Shown in pieces: positions 1 to 11,890 of a stretch of 64,000 nucleotides of DNA; the first letter of the stretch is position 1, and every line of letters starts with the position of its first letter. Both the position numbers and the translations under genes were made by a program. The notes below the pieces were generated by a model that worked only from the letters and a program-made list of their open reading frames with translations, ran no database searches and was not told where the DNA came from. Origin of the DNA: Octopus bimaculoides (Eukaryota); contig NC_069000.1 of assembly GCF_001194135.2 (NCBI RefSeq), forward strand, positions 15,825,833-15,889,832, written 5' to 3'.

Positions 1-189
1 TGTAGAAGATGACATGGGAAGTAGTGTTGCAGGTTTGTTTTGGTTTACTGAATCTAAGAAAGACAGCCAGAAACCATAGCAATTGGTGAGACATAGAGCC
101 AGAGAAGGTCTGTTCAAACTGCAAGCATAGCATAAGTTACAAACTAATGATCACACACATATTCACACAATTGTCTTCTCCACAATTTC

Positions 190-425
190 TTATTTCTTTA
201 TTGCCCACAAGGGGCTAAACACAGAGGGGACAAACAAGGACAGACAAAGGGATTAAGTCGATTACATTGTCCCCCAGTGCATAACTGGTACTTAATTTAT
301 CGACCCCGAAAGGATGAAAGGTAAAGTCAACCTCGGTGGAATTTGAACTCAGGACGTAGCAGCAGACAAAATACCACTAAGCATTTCGCCCGATATGCTA
401 ACGTTTCTGCCAGCTCCCCACCTTG
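190..425 (-). mobile_element. tRNA-derived SINE (family A, central domain gcctttcatcctttcggggtcgataa)
   Basis: The reverse complement has a tRNA-like head (gagctggcagaaacgttagca...gagttcaaattcc). Further copies at about 1540-1750, 1770-2125, 10250-10450, 31090-31270, 38590-38790, 39250-39390 and 60350-60545. Confidence 0.8.
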
Positions 426-691
426 AGCATTGTCTTCTACACAATTTCTGTCTACCAAATTTCATTCCCAAGACATTCATCAATCTCAGTCAATAGCTAA
501 AAGCTTTTGCTTAACATGTCAGTGGGATCAAAAGTAGAACCACATAATCAAAAAGTGAACCACATGACCATGCCACATGATCATGCCAGCACCCATTTAA
601 AAATGTTTTTCTCATCATTCATCTTTTTGTTATGCTTATGTTGAGATACTCATACTGATGTTGTCTCTTCTCCATTCATTATTGATTTCAG

Positions 692-779
692 TTCGAAGCC
701 CTCCACACGTGTATTTATTCAAAATGCTGTTGAAGATCGTCTCATGATGTTGACACCTCACATTGAGCAGTGGCCGCAG
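692..779 (+). CDS. COQ9: COQ9 ubiquinone biosynthesis protein, internal exon (first visible; upstream exons lie outside the window)
   Basis: ttcag|...|gtatat. Translates SKPSTRVFIQNAVEDRLMMLTPHIEQWPQ, resembling COQ9 [21 protein letters not shown]. Ends in phase 0. Confidence 0.9.
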
Positions 780-1810
780 GTATATTTAGATTGATACACT
801 TCACTTTTAGGCATTTAACCCTTTAGTATTCAAATTACTCTGTCAAATATGATATTCATTTATTTATATTGTTTTGAATTAATCATGCATCATCTTGTAT
901 TCATAGAGATTTCAATGATGTGATTGTTTAGTTTTAGAATGACATTGTAGGGTTGAAGTGAGAGGCCAGATCTGGACAGTTACAACATAAAACAGGTAAA
1001 TTTTTTTTAGCTGGATATGGCTGGTTTGAATGCCAAAATGGTTAAACTGGCCATAACTGGCCCAAATATTTTACCTGTTTTATATCCAGACCAGTCAGGA
1101 CTTGCCTCTCATACATAACCTGCAATGTCATTCTAAAAATATACAGTCACTTCATTGAAATCTCAAAGCTGTGAGATAATGCATGATTAATTGAAAACAA
1201 TGTGGATAAATAAGCATTATATTATTATTATTATTATTATTATTATTATGGCCAGGTTCCAACCTGGGCTACAACAACAAAGTCCAGTGTCTGACATCTA
1301 GTTGTCTATGTAAGTGTGATGAGGTTTTCCTCTTCTTACATCACCATGAAGTAGGTCTCACAAAACTAATTTGGGTGCTTCCAATTCAGGGTGGTGCATA
1401 CAATGACCACAGATAGTCACAGCCATCTTTTCCCGATCTTCTCGCTAACTTTTGGCAGGTCTCCATAAAGGCATTCGTTTGTCATATGTTGCTGCCATTC
1501 ATAGCATCCTTGAGTAGCATCCATTAGACAGAGTAATCTGAAGGCTAAAGGGTTTCAAATTTTGGCACAAGGTCAGCAGTTTGGGGGGGATTGGGAGGTA
1601 AGTCGATTACATCAACCCGGGTACTCAACTGGCACTTATTTCAACCCCCCCCCCCCAAAGGATGAAAGACAAAGCTGAGCTCAGAATGTAAAGACAGGCA
1701 AGATGCTTAGCAGCATTTTGTGTGGCATGCTAACGACTCTGCCAGCTCACCATCTTAATAATGACTTCAAATTTTGGCACAAGGCCAGCTATTTTGGTTG
1801 GTTCGGAGGT

Positions 1811-2020
1811 AAGTCGATTACATCAACCCCCAGTGTTCAACTGGTACTTATTTCAATGAACCCCAAAAGGATGAAAGGTAAAGTCGATTACATCAACCCC
1901 CAGTGTTCAACTGGTACTTATTTCAATGAACCCCAAAAGGATGAAAGGTAAAGTCGGTTACATCAACCCCCAGTGTTCAACTGGTACTTATTTCAATGAA
2001 CCCCAAAAGGATGAAAGGTA
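1811..2020. repeat. Three tandem copies of a 70-bp unit inside a family A SINE
   Basis: Units start at 1811, 1881 and 1951, with only one substitution among them. Confidence 0.95.
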
Positions 2021-2685
2021 AAGTCAACCTTGGTGCAATTTGAAGTCAGAACATGAAGATGAGCGAAATGCCACTAAGCATTTTGACCAAGCTCATTAAC
2101 AGTTCTGCCAGCTCACTGCCCTCGCCACCTTAATAACAATTAATAAAAACACTTCGGGATGGCGCCTGTGCCCGTGGCATACATAAGGACTTTCGAGCGA
2201 GATCGTTGCCAGTGCCCCTGGACTGGCTCTTGTGCGGGTGGCACATAAAATACACCATTTTGAGCGTGGCCGTTGCCAGTACCGCCTGACTGGCCTTCGT
2301 GCGGGTGACACGTAAAAGCACCCACTACACTCTTGGAGTGGTTGGCGTTAGGAAGGGCATCCAGCTGTAGAAACTCTGCCAAATCAGATTGGAGCCTGGT
2401 ATAGCCACCTGGTCCACCAGTCCTCAGTCAAATCGTCCAACTCATGCTAGCATGGAAAGCAGACGTTAAACGATGATGATGACTTCAGTGGTCACATGTA
2501 TGTAGAAAAGTATCTTATTGCTAATATCACTTTACATTAGTCCCTGTGAAATTAAGTTATCATACCGTCTAGTCATCTTTCCTTCCTCATCCCTTTTCTT
2601 TGATGAAACTTTTACAGTTTATTGAGCTATTTTAGCCTAATATTACTGATACACTGTTATTTATCTTTATTAATCTTTAAAACAG

Positions 2686-2790
2686 GCAATGGCTCTGCAA
2701 GCTTTACCTCAAAATGCTTGCCAGTCTTGGTGTAACCTTTTACAACTTGTGGATGACATTTGGTTTTATGCAGGAGACAAATCTACTGAT
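2686..2790 (+). CDS. COQ9: COQ9 exon
   Basis: aacag|...|gtaagt, 105 nt, phase 0-0. AMALQALPQNACQSWCNLLQLVDDIWFYAGDKSTD carries the COQ9 VDD(I/M)W.YAGD.STD motif. Confidence 0.95.
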
Positions 2791-3057
2791 GTAAGTAATC
2801 TTTTCTGAAAAGAATACAATTATAATACCAAATCTTTTGACATGATGTTTATAGTCTTGAAAATTATGTTTTCAATCACAACTCATTGCAGGCATTCAAA
2901 CATTTATAGAACATTTTATGTTGTTTTAGTTCTTAGGTAAAGGATATTATGGTTTTTAATGCTTATATCTTTGTATCTTTTATTCGTTTCAGTCATTAGA
3001 CTGTGGCCATGCTGGGGTAGTGATGATTCTGACTTTGTTTTTACTTCTACTATATAG

Positions 3058-3213
3058 TTCAACTGGTACACCAAACGCCTTACTCTGGCAGCTCTCTACA
3101 AATCATCAGAAATTTATATGCTGCAGGATAAATCTGAAGATTTTGAGAATACACTGAAATTTGTCAACAACAGGTTTGATGATGTCAAATGCCTTGGCCA
3201 AAGTATGAAAAAT
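3058..3213 (+). CDS. COQ9: COQ9 exon
   Basis: tatag|...|gtgagt, 156 nt. FNWYTKRLTLAALYKSSEIYMLQDKSEDFENTLKFVNNRFDDVKCLGQSMKN contains the WYTKR...MLQD.S.DF signature of COQ9. Confidence 0.96.
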
Positions 3214-4206
3214 GTGAGTAAATTTTCTTTGTTTTTTGTTGAAACAAAATTAAATTTAAAAAAAAAATATATATAATTCCAATTAGTCCCTGAATTTGAA
3301 GGAAGGTAGTAGAGCAGAACAGAAATTTGTCATTTGTTAAAACATTAAAATTATTCCCATTACATTCCATGCCTGAAAAATAAACAAGATTTAAGTATAA
3401 GAAGACAAACATAACCATCAGTTAAAGAGAAGGAAGTTTATAGAAGAATGTTAATGTTAAAAGATTTAAAATGTGTTTCTTCTTAGTTAAATACAAATAT
3501 TTTTTCATATAAGTTGTCGTTGTTGTCATCATCATTATCATTACACTGTGTAACAAAATTATATTTTTCTTTTTGTTATTTCCTATTTGCTTCTATCTAG
3601 AAATCAAAGGAAGTGACTGCTATTCCCTTCAAACTTTGCTTTTGTCACTTGGACACTAAACTGACCTATCTTCCATTACATTTCAGACAGATTCAGTACT
3701 GAGTTTCATTACAGCAAATATTCTGCTTGATACCACAAATTTGCTTGTCAGTTGCCTGACCATAATCACTTGAGCATGTCCCCTTAGTGGCAAACAAATA
3801 TGTATAGTTGTTTGAATGGAGATCTTTTACAACAAAGTTACCCTCCTCATATTAACAGTATAACTATCAAAGTGGTCAGGGTGGGAAGGAGGATATCCAA
3901 CAAGTGAAGGATGTTTACTTTTCAAGAGATTTGTTTCAATAGTTTTCATTTAAAATGCTTCATCATCAGTGTTTAACATCTACCTTCCGTGCTGGCATGG
4001 GTTGGGTGAGTTTGACAGGAGCTGACCAGGCAGGAGCCTGCACCAGACTTCTGTGTCTGTTTTGGCACAGTTTTTACAGCTGGATACCCTTCCTAACACC
4101 AACCACCCAGTAAAGTGAACTAAATCTGCTTCACAAAATAAAATATATTTCTATAGAAGTTTGAATGTTTTTATGTTTTATTCATTTTGTTTCATTTTTG
4201 TTTTAG

Positions 4207-4260
4207 TGCCAAATGGTAACAAAGTCTATTGGAGAAAATTTATGGGGTCTTTCTCTCATG
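4207..4260 (+). CDS. COQ9: COQ9 exon
   Basis: ttttag|...|gtaagt, 54 nt, phase 0-0. CQMVTKSIGENLWGLSLM aligns by position with the COQ9 C-terminal helix (VKSTGEALVQGLMG). Confidence 0.85.
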
Positions 4261-5715
4261 GTAAGTCTTTGTGTATGTCCATGTTTTTCCACCACCACCA
4301 CCATTTTCCTCACCTTATCATTATCATCACTTAATATAGTAGTAAAGATTCTGATTAAAAGTACAGTAAGTTACAGCAGTGAATTTTGACTCACAAGTAA
4401 ACAGCTGGCTGCCCAACATCTTTTATCTTCCCAGTCATTTTGTCTTCAGTGATAGGGTGTCAAAGAATCATATTATGGTTACTTTCTAAAGGTCAAGGTT
4501 TATAGAGGGGAAAGTGCTCCATCAATGACTGGCACAGCAATACCATGGTTAAATTCTACAGAGATAAGGGAAGTGTATTAGAGGTGTATTAGAAGCATAA
4601 CAAACTTAGCACAAAATAGATTTCATCATTATCATTTAATGTCCATGTTGGCATGAGTTGGACGGTTTGACCAGATCCATCAGGTTCAAGAACTGCTTTG
4701 GTTTCTACATGGATGCCCTTCCTAACTCTAACTGTTTAACAATATGTATTAGGTTTCTTTTTACCATCTGCACTAGATTTTGACTGAATATAATGCAATT
4801 CCTTTAGAGGGGAACTTAGAACCAGAGATAATGCTATACTTTTAGTTAAGACAACAAGTCAACTTCCTAACCAAAAGCAAATGGGTTCAATGCTGTGTAG
4901 TCCGTCAAATGCTGAATAAACTAGATGTATGTGAAAGGATCATTAGAGTGGTTTGGATTGTATATGAGGGTAACATAAGCAAGAATAGGATTGGATGTAA
5001 GTTCAGTGAAAAGCTAAGTGTAAGAATGGGCGTATACCAAGGCTCTACTTCTAATTCTCACTTCTTATGTCTTGGAGCAATACCAAAAACTCTGGAACTG
5101 GTTGTCCCTAATAATCTTTACTGTGGTTATTGTCTTCTCATTCATAGTATCTGTCAGAGAACTCCAAAGTTCTTAAAGTGGAATTATAATGTAGTTTGAA
5201 AGAAAAAAAAACTAAAGATAAATAGCACAATGATTAAAGTAATAATAATTTGTAAAAGGGAACAGAAAAACCAGAAAAGGTATTGCAGTCTCAAAAATGA
5301 CCTTTAATATGCTGGGAAGGAGTTAGTAGTGCAACCAGGATCCATAACTGAGGAACAGAGCTTTAGCCAGTACAAGCTAGTATCAGGGAGTCATGGAATT
5401 AAGTCCATTGTCTGCTCAGTTGACCCTTGGTATTTTGGTAATATAATAAGTGCTGAAAATGGATCTAGTGAAAGTATCATTCAATCACATTGGTGGTTGA
5501 ATATATTCTTAAGTCCACCATTTTGTCAATTGCAGCAACTTCCAACCTTCACCACTGAATTAGTGGTTTCAGTTCTCAACTAAATTACAAACTGTTAACA
5601 GTTTTAAAGAGGACGCCTCTTCAGCCACATTTTGGCATAAATAGTTTGAGATTTGTTTCAGTAGAAAAAAACTTACATCAAAATATCTGCAACTTCAAGG
5701 GGGGCAGTAAGGCAT

Positions 5716-5960
5716 GTATTTCATCTTCAAATAGCATAACTTTTCTCTCAAGATACTTACACTCTGTCGGGTATGCACACTGACATTACTCATCCATCGG
5801 AGCATACTGGCTTCATTCCTTGCGAGCTTACGCATGTCCTCAGCAGTCAAGGCCCATGTTTCACTGCCATGTAGCATGGCTGTTCGTACACATGCGTCAT
5901 ACAGTCTGCCTTTTACTCTGAGCAAGAGGCCCTTTGTCGCCAGCAGAGGTAAGAGCTCTC
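5716..5960 (-). mobile_element. RTE LINE post-RT fragment in the last COQ9 intron
   Basis: LRVKGRLYDACVRTAMLHGSETWALTAEDMRKLARNEASMLRWM. Related fragments lie at about 58720-58990 and 63380-63760. Confidence 0.8.
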
Positions 5961-6095
5961 ATGAAAAATATTTGCATTTAACTAAGAAGAAACACATTTT
6001 AAATCTTTTAACATTAACATTCTTCTATAAACTTCCTTCTCTTTAACTGATGGCTATGTTTGTCTTCTAATACTTAAATCTTGTTTATCTTTCAG

Positions 6096-6134
6096 GCACG
6101 GAATATAATGGGAATAAACAGTCGTGCTCGTTAG
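6096..6134 (+). CDS. COQ9: COQ9 last coding exon
   Basis: tttcag|GCA... ARNIMGINSRAR*, similar to the COQ9 C-terminus (TLKNLTGLNQRR). TAG at 6132-6134. Confidence 0.88.
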   Translation, partial: ARNIMGINSRAR

Positions 6135-9100
6135 CAGATTCTTTTTATTTCATTTAAGGTTGTATACAGATGAGTTTTGTTTGAGCAAAATAGAGTTTTG
6201 TAGTTTATTTTGTTCTATATTAAAATATTGTTTGGAAAATTTCTTTGCGTCTTCATTCACTGTTTTCTTCCTTCATTTTTAACAAGTATATAAAGTGGTA
6301 CAGACAAATGAAGTTTGCTTCTCAATCATGTTTTCATGTCCAGTCCTACTGCATGACACCTGGAGTAAGTGTCTTCTGCTATAGCCTGGGGTTGACCAAA
6401 AAATTCATGAGTGGATTTGGTAGATGGAAACTGAGAGAAGTCCATCATATATACATATATAGGTGCAGGCATGGCTGTGTAGTAAGGAGTTAGTTTCCCA
6501 ACCACATGATTTTAGGTTCAGTCCCACTGCAAGACACCTTGTAGAAGTGGCTTCTACTATAGCAAGAGGTGCAAATGAGGGTAGCTAAATCAAACTCCAT
6601 TCTTCACTAAGTACCACATATTGTAGGAGGCTCCCCGTAATAACAGTGTAGCAAAACGGTGGTGCATCAGCATGGCCACAGCTCTAAGCTGAAACTATAA
6701 ACAAAAAAGAAAAATATATATATATATATAGTCCTTATATATTTAATACTCAATATTTCATATATTCAATAAGACATTCAATACTTCATTTCATTTTACT
6801 ATTTATATTATATATTCCATATTCTATATCCCACNNNNNNNNNNTAAGACATTCAATACTTCATTTCATTTTACTATTTATATTATATATTCCATATTCT
6901 ATATCCCACATTAATTTTATAAAAATATAAATAAAACATAAAAAACAGAGTCGGAACTCTTTTAAATAATATATATATATATAAATTCAGAAGAGTGGTA
7001 CAACAAGGCATATATATATATATACGCATGCCTACTTGTCTTATCTGTAAACTGTTATCAATACATTGACTAATGCATAGTCAACAGCTTCTAACGATGG
7101 CTACTGTAACTATTTGTTATTAAATGCTTTAGACAGAAACGAAAGGACTTTCGCATACAAGAAATTGAATCTGAGCAATTTTTCAACCAACACAATGAAC
7201 AATACTGTGTTTGTTACCAGCTTTGTAGACTTGAATGGGTTAACTGTTATTAACAGCCAGAAAATTTCAGCTGGATGAATCATTCTGATGCCAGCAGAAG
7301 AGTTGAACATTCATGTCCCTTAGCTTGGACTATACTGTTGTGTCTCTATCAAACACACTTAACTCACTGACTGGCTATAAATATGTACCATAACATAATA
7401 GAGTTCATCTCTATAAGGAATGGAAAATACTGTTTAACTTGTGGATGTTTCACAATCCCATTTCGTTGAGGAAAATGGCTCTGTAGACAAATGTTTACAT
7501 TGATTCTGCTTTCCTATCCCAGAAGAGAGATGCCTATATCTCTCAATTGTTATTTTAACTTCATGAAAACCAGGTTGAGTTTCAACATACATTACAGACT
7601 GCCTCGTCAAAAGAGCCACTCCTGAAACATTAGAATTTGTTTTTCCTCATAAACAAATTAATGTTATGTATTTCTTAACACTTTACTATATAGACATAGG
7701 CGTGGGTCTTTAGTTAAAAAGCTGACTTCCCAGCAATGTGGTATGGAGTCAGTCCCAATGTGTGGTATCTTGGGAAAGTGACTTCTAGTATAGCTCTGAG
7801 CTGACCAGAACCTTGTGAGTGAATTTGATAGATGGTAACTGAAAAAAGCCCATTGTATATATCATCATCATCATCCATTTCCTATGCTGGCATGGGTTGG
7901 ATGGCTTGACAGAAACTGGTAAGACCTGGGGCTGCCCCAGGTTCTATAGCCTGTTTTTTACAGCTGGACACCCTTCCAAATGTCAATCACTCCACAGAGT
8001 GTACTGGGTGCTTTTTAAGTGGTACCAACACCAGTTCTTTTTGTGTGGAACTTTGGTTTTAAGATCTCAGTTATGTTGTGGAGGGTGGGTCATACATGTG
8101 TGTGTGTGTGTATCATCATCATCATAACATCTGCTTTCTTTGCTTGCATGGGTTAGATGGTTTTATGAGGAACTGGCTGCAGTCAAATGACTGAAACAAG
8201 TAAAATAGTACCATAAAAACATGTCTGGTTGTTGGGCTGTCAGCATTTGAAGGACTATGGAAAATTATTACCTTACTTGGAAGCTGGAGAAGTTTGTTGA
8301 CAAAAAGGGCATTTGGCCACAAGACCAACAGCAACACATTTCAGCTGAACAGTTCAGGCATGAAGAAGTAGATATCAAATGATTGTTGACTATGATTAAA
8401 TATATAGGCATAGTCATGGTTGTGTGGTTAAGAAACTTGGTTCCCAACCATGAGGTTTTAGGTTCAGTCCCACTGTATGGTACCTTAGGCCAACCAAAGC
8501 ATTATGAGTAGATTTGGTAGTCAGAAACTGAATGAAGCTCATCATATATATGTGTGTGTGTGTGAAAATGTATGTTTGTTTGTCAATGTGTAACCTTGAC
8601 TAGATATGATGTGATGATAGGATCTAAGCATCATTGTTATACAGTCCAGATCATTTATTTCCAGACTTCATGAAAAACATGTCTAGCAATTTCCTTGCTT
8701 GGCAATAAGCTAGGACTGATAACAAGACATTTTGGTCATAGAAGAATCTGCCTCAACAAATTCCCCCTGACCCATGTAAGCATGGAAAAATAATGATGTT
8801 ATTAATATATATATATATTTCTTTATATATTAATATACATAAACAGACATATATAGAATGCACCAGTTATTTGGGAACAAAAAAAAAAAACCTTACATAC
8901 ATATATTATATATACATGTGTGTGTATATATATACATACACACACACACACCTATCATTTTAGCCTGGTACTTACCTTATAATTCTCTTTTGAGTTGCAG
9001 GGATGTAAACACACCAACATCAGTTCTCGAATGGTGGAGGGGACAAACACAGATATAGACACACACACACAACGGGCTTGTTTCTATTTCCATCAACCAA

Positions 9101-9262
9101 ATCCCGAAATCCATTCACAATGCTTTGGTCGACCAGCAGCTATAGTAGAAGCTATGCAGTGGGACTGAACCCAAAGCTATGTTGTTGGGAAGCAAACATC
9201 TTAACAATACAACCTTACCTACACCATACATATATACATACACATAGAATATAAAAAGAAAC

Positions 9263-9718
9263 TTCGAGCCGCGCGGGCTCGAAAGATGGACCGTTATGTA
9301 AACCTCCTCGAGAAATGTGAAGACGCAGGCTGGAAAGTGGAGCATTTTCCAATCGAAGTTGGATGTAGAGGGTTTGTAGGACAGTGTGAGACGACTGCTG
9401 TTATTGTTAGGCCTAACTCATTGTAAGGTAAATACCACCATGACCGATATCCAAAATACAGTGGAGAAGGCTAGCCACTGGATTTGGTTAAAAAGAGACG
9501 AGCGATGGCTAGAGAAATATTGAGCTTTGTTTTAATAATCAGTTGATCTAGCAAGCGGGGCCTCATATCAGTGAGGGCGGCCGATGCACATTGATGCCGT
9601 CGAGAGGTAGGCCCCGAAACGGTGCGCATTCTCTCCTGATGATCCCATACACTTGCTGGCTTCCGGAATGCGGAGTTCTCGACTGGTAGCACTTGCATGT
9701 GCGAGTTGTTTGCAAGAC
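9263..9718 (+). mobile_element. 5'-truncated RLE-type LINE (HERO/NeSL-like) with a 29-bp target site duplication
   Basis: ARARKMDRYVNLLEKCEDAGWKVEHFPIEVGCRGFVG...VEKASHWIWLKR is the C-terminus of a restriction-like endonuclease. Flanked by atacatacacatagaatataaaaagaaac at 9234-9262 and 9719-9747. Confidence 0.85.
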
Positions 9719-10689
9719 ATACATACACATAGAATATAAAAAGAAACATTTAATAGCTTAACACAGTTTTCTTTATTTCATTGTGTTCATACATATTATT
9801 TAGACAATATACATTTCTATCATTTAATTTAAAAGTGACCAGCATTCATAAATAAAAATTACTTTTNNNNNNNNNNNNNNNNNNNNNNNNNNNNNNNNNN
9901 NNNNNNNNNNNNNNNNNNNNNNNNNNNNNNNNNNNNNNNNNNNNNNNNNNNNNNNNNNNNNNNNNNNNNNNNNNNNNNNNNNNNNNNNNNNNNNNNNNNN
10001 NNNNNNNNNNNNNNNNNNNNNNNNNNNNNNNNNNNAGTAAGGGAAGAAGAGGACAAATTCTACTTGTTAGTGTCAAATGAGAACATACAAAACTAACAAA
10101 TTTAGGAGTTCCAAAAGTTTACTGCAAGTTGAATAAAAAAAAAAAAGTTTACATGACATGGAAATTGTAATTAAAAAAAAAATTAATAATTTTTAATTAC
10201 CTGTAAACCATTAATAATAACAATAATAATAATAATAATCTTTTCTACTGGAGGCACAATGCCTCAAATTAGCAGGGAGGGGACTAGTTGATTACATCGA
10301 CCCCAGTATTTCACTGGTACTTAATTCATCAACCCTGAAAGGATGAAAGGCATAGTCGACCTCAGCAGAATTTGAACTCAGAATGTAGCAGCAGGCAAAA
10401 TACTACTAAGCATTTTGCATGGCATGCTAATGATTCTGCTAGCTCACCACCTTATTAATAATAATCATATTATTATTATTATTATTATAGTTATACTTTG
10501 GAAAAAACGGAATAACAAAATAATCGTGTGTGTTTTGTTTGTGTGCGTCGGCTTTTATGTTGGGTAGCAGTATATCTGAGATTGGAAATGAGACAGTAAT
10601 AATAATAATAATAATAATAGTAATAATAATACACACCCATGAAGATTCAGCTGCCTTATTTGGAGACAAAAAGAAGTTTAAGTCTTCAC

Positions 10690-10905
10690 CCTTTTGATAT
10701 CAACCCACCTGAAACTGTCTCTGGCTTTGTAGTACAAATGTCTTGTTTTCAAAAGTTAAGCTCTTCCACCAAACCTTAGTCACAATTTCTGTTCCTAATA
10801 CTAGCATAATGATAACTTAGTTATTTTACTAAATTCTTTGTTGTATTTCAAATTAATTGAAAGCAACACAGAGCATCTCAACAGAAATATGGTAACAAAA
10901 GGGTT
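10690..10905. mobile_element. piggyBac-like MITE
   Basis: ttca|cccttttgatatc ... gtaacaaaaggg|ttaa gives CCCTT/AAGGG termini and a TTAA-like target. Confidence 0.55.
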
Positions 10906-11824
10906 AAAGAAATGTATTATTTGTCAGACATTTCAGAAAATCTCATAATGTAACTTTTTTTTTTCTTTTCTTTTTTTTTCTAAAGCAGAAATTCAAAGGT
11001 TCATCCAAGGCCCCACTGAAAGACTGAAGAAATGAGCCGAGAAGTGAATAAGCTTAATCTCAATAGCAAAAACTATACCTCTACAGTGAAGGTGGTTGGA
11101 AGCGAGCTACTGAAGCAAAGACAACTCCTGCTAAACCCTGTAGATGAAATGCCAAGAGAATTTTCAAACAAAGAAAATATACTTGACTGGAGTTGAATTT
11201 TATTGTTGTTCCCCCGCCATCCCATTTTGTCTGCTTTCCCAAAACCCCAGGTTTTGAACTCAGTACTGCAGGATAAAAAAGAAAAGTAGGGGAAAAAAAA
11301 AACAAGCTCCCTTACTCAGTCAGATGATACTTGTTTTACACCTAAATGGACGGAGCCAGTAAGAGGTAAGTATCGTAGCCAAGAACAGAGTGTAGCAATT
11401 CCAATGAGAAGATATGGACTGTCTACTCATTGGTAAGTGCCAGAAATGTGCTCCATGTGACACCAAGTACAACTCATAACTGCACCTATATGAAATCCAT
11501 TGCAGGGGAACTGGACACATGGATCAAATTTAATTGGTTTCCAATAAGGATCAAATTTTTTAAAAATTCAAGTAAAAGAAAAATAGCAAGAACAGTAATA
11601 ACCAGAATGCAACATTTTTCATTTTCTTTTTTTTTTTTGTTTTTCTAATATATAAACAAATTTTCAATAATTCTTCAATAGGACTCAACAAAATTCAGTT
11701 TGGACGGATTCACAATATAAGTCTCAGTTACTACATATATATGCGCACAAACACACATACATATACACGCACACACATATATATATATACACACACAAAG
11801 ACATAGAAGCAAATATATACACTC

Positions 11825-11890
<66 letters not shown>

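Noticed and set aside
6774-6910. Direct duplication of about 60 bp either side of a 10-N gap (likewise 43921-44035)
   Set aside because: Identical sequence flanking a minimal gap is the usual signature of unmerged contig overlaps, not a biological repeat.
9590-9660. GAAAC...CTGATGA in the RLE-LINE 3' UTR resembling a hammerhead ribozyme core
   Set aside because: I could not build stems II and III or a correctly placed cleavage triplet around the motifs.
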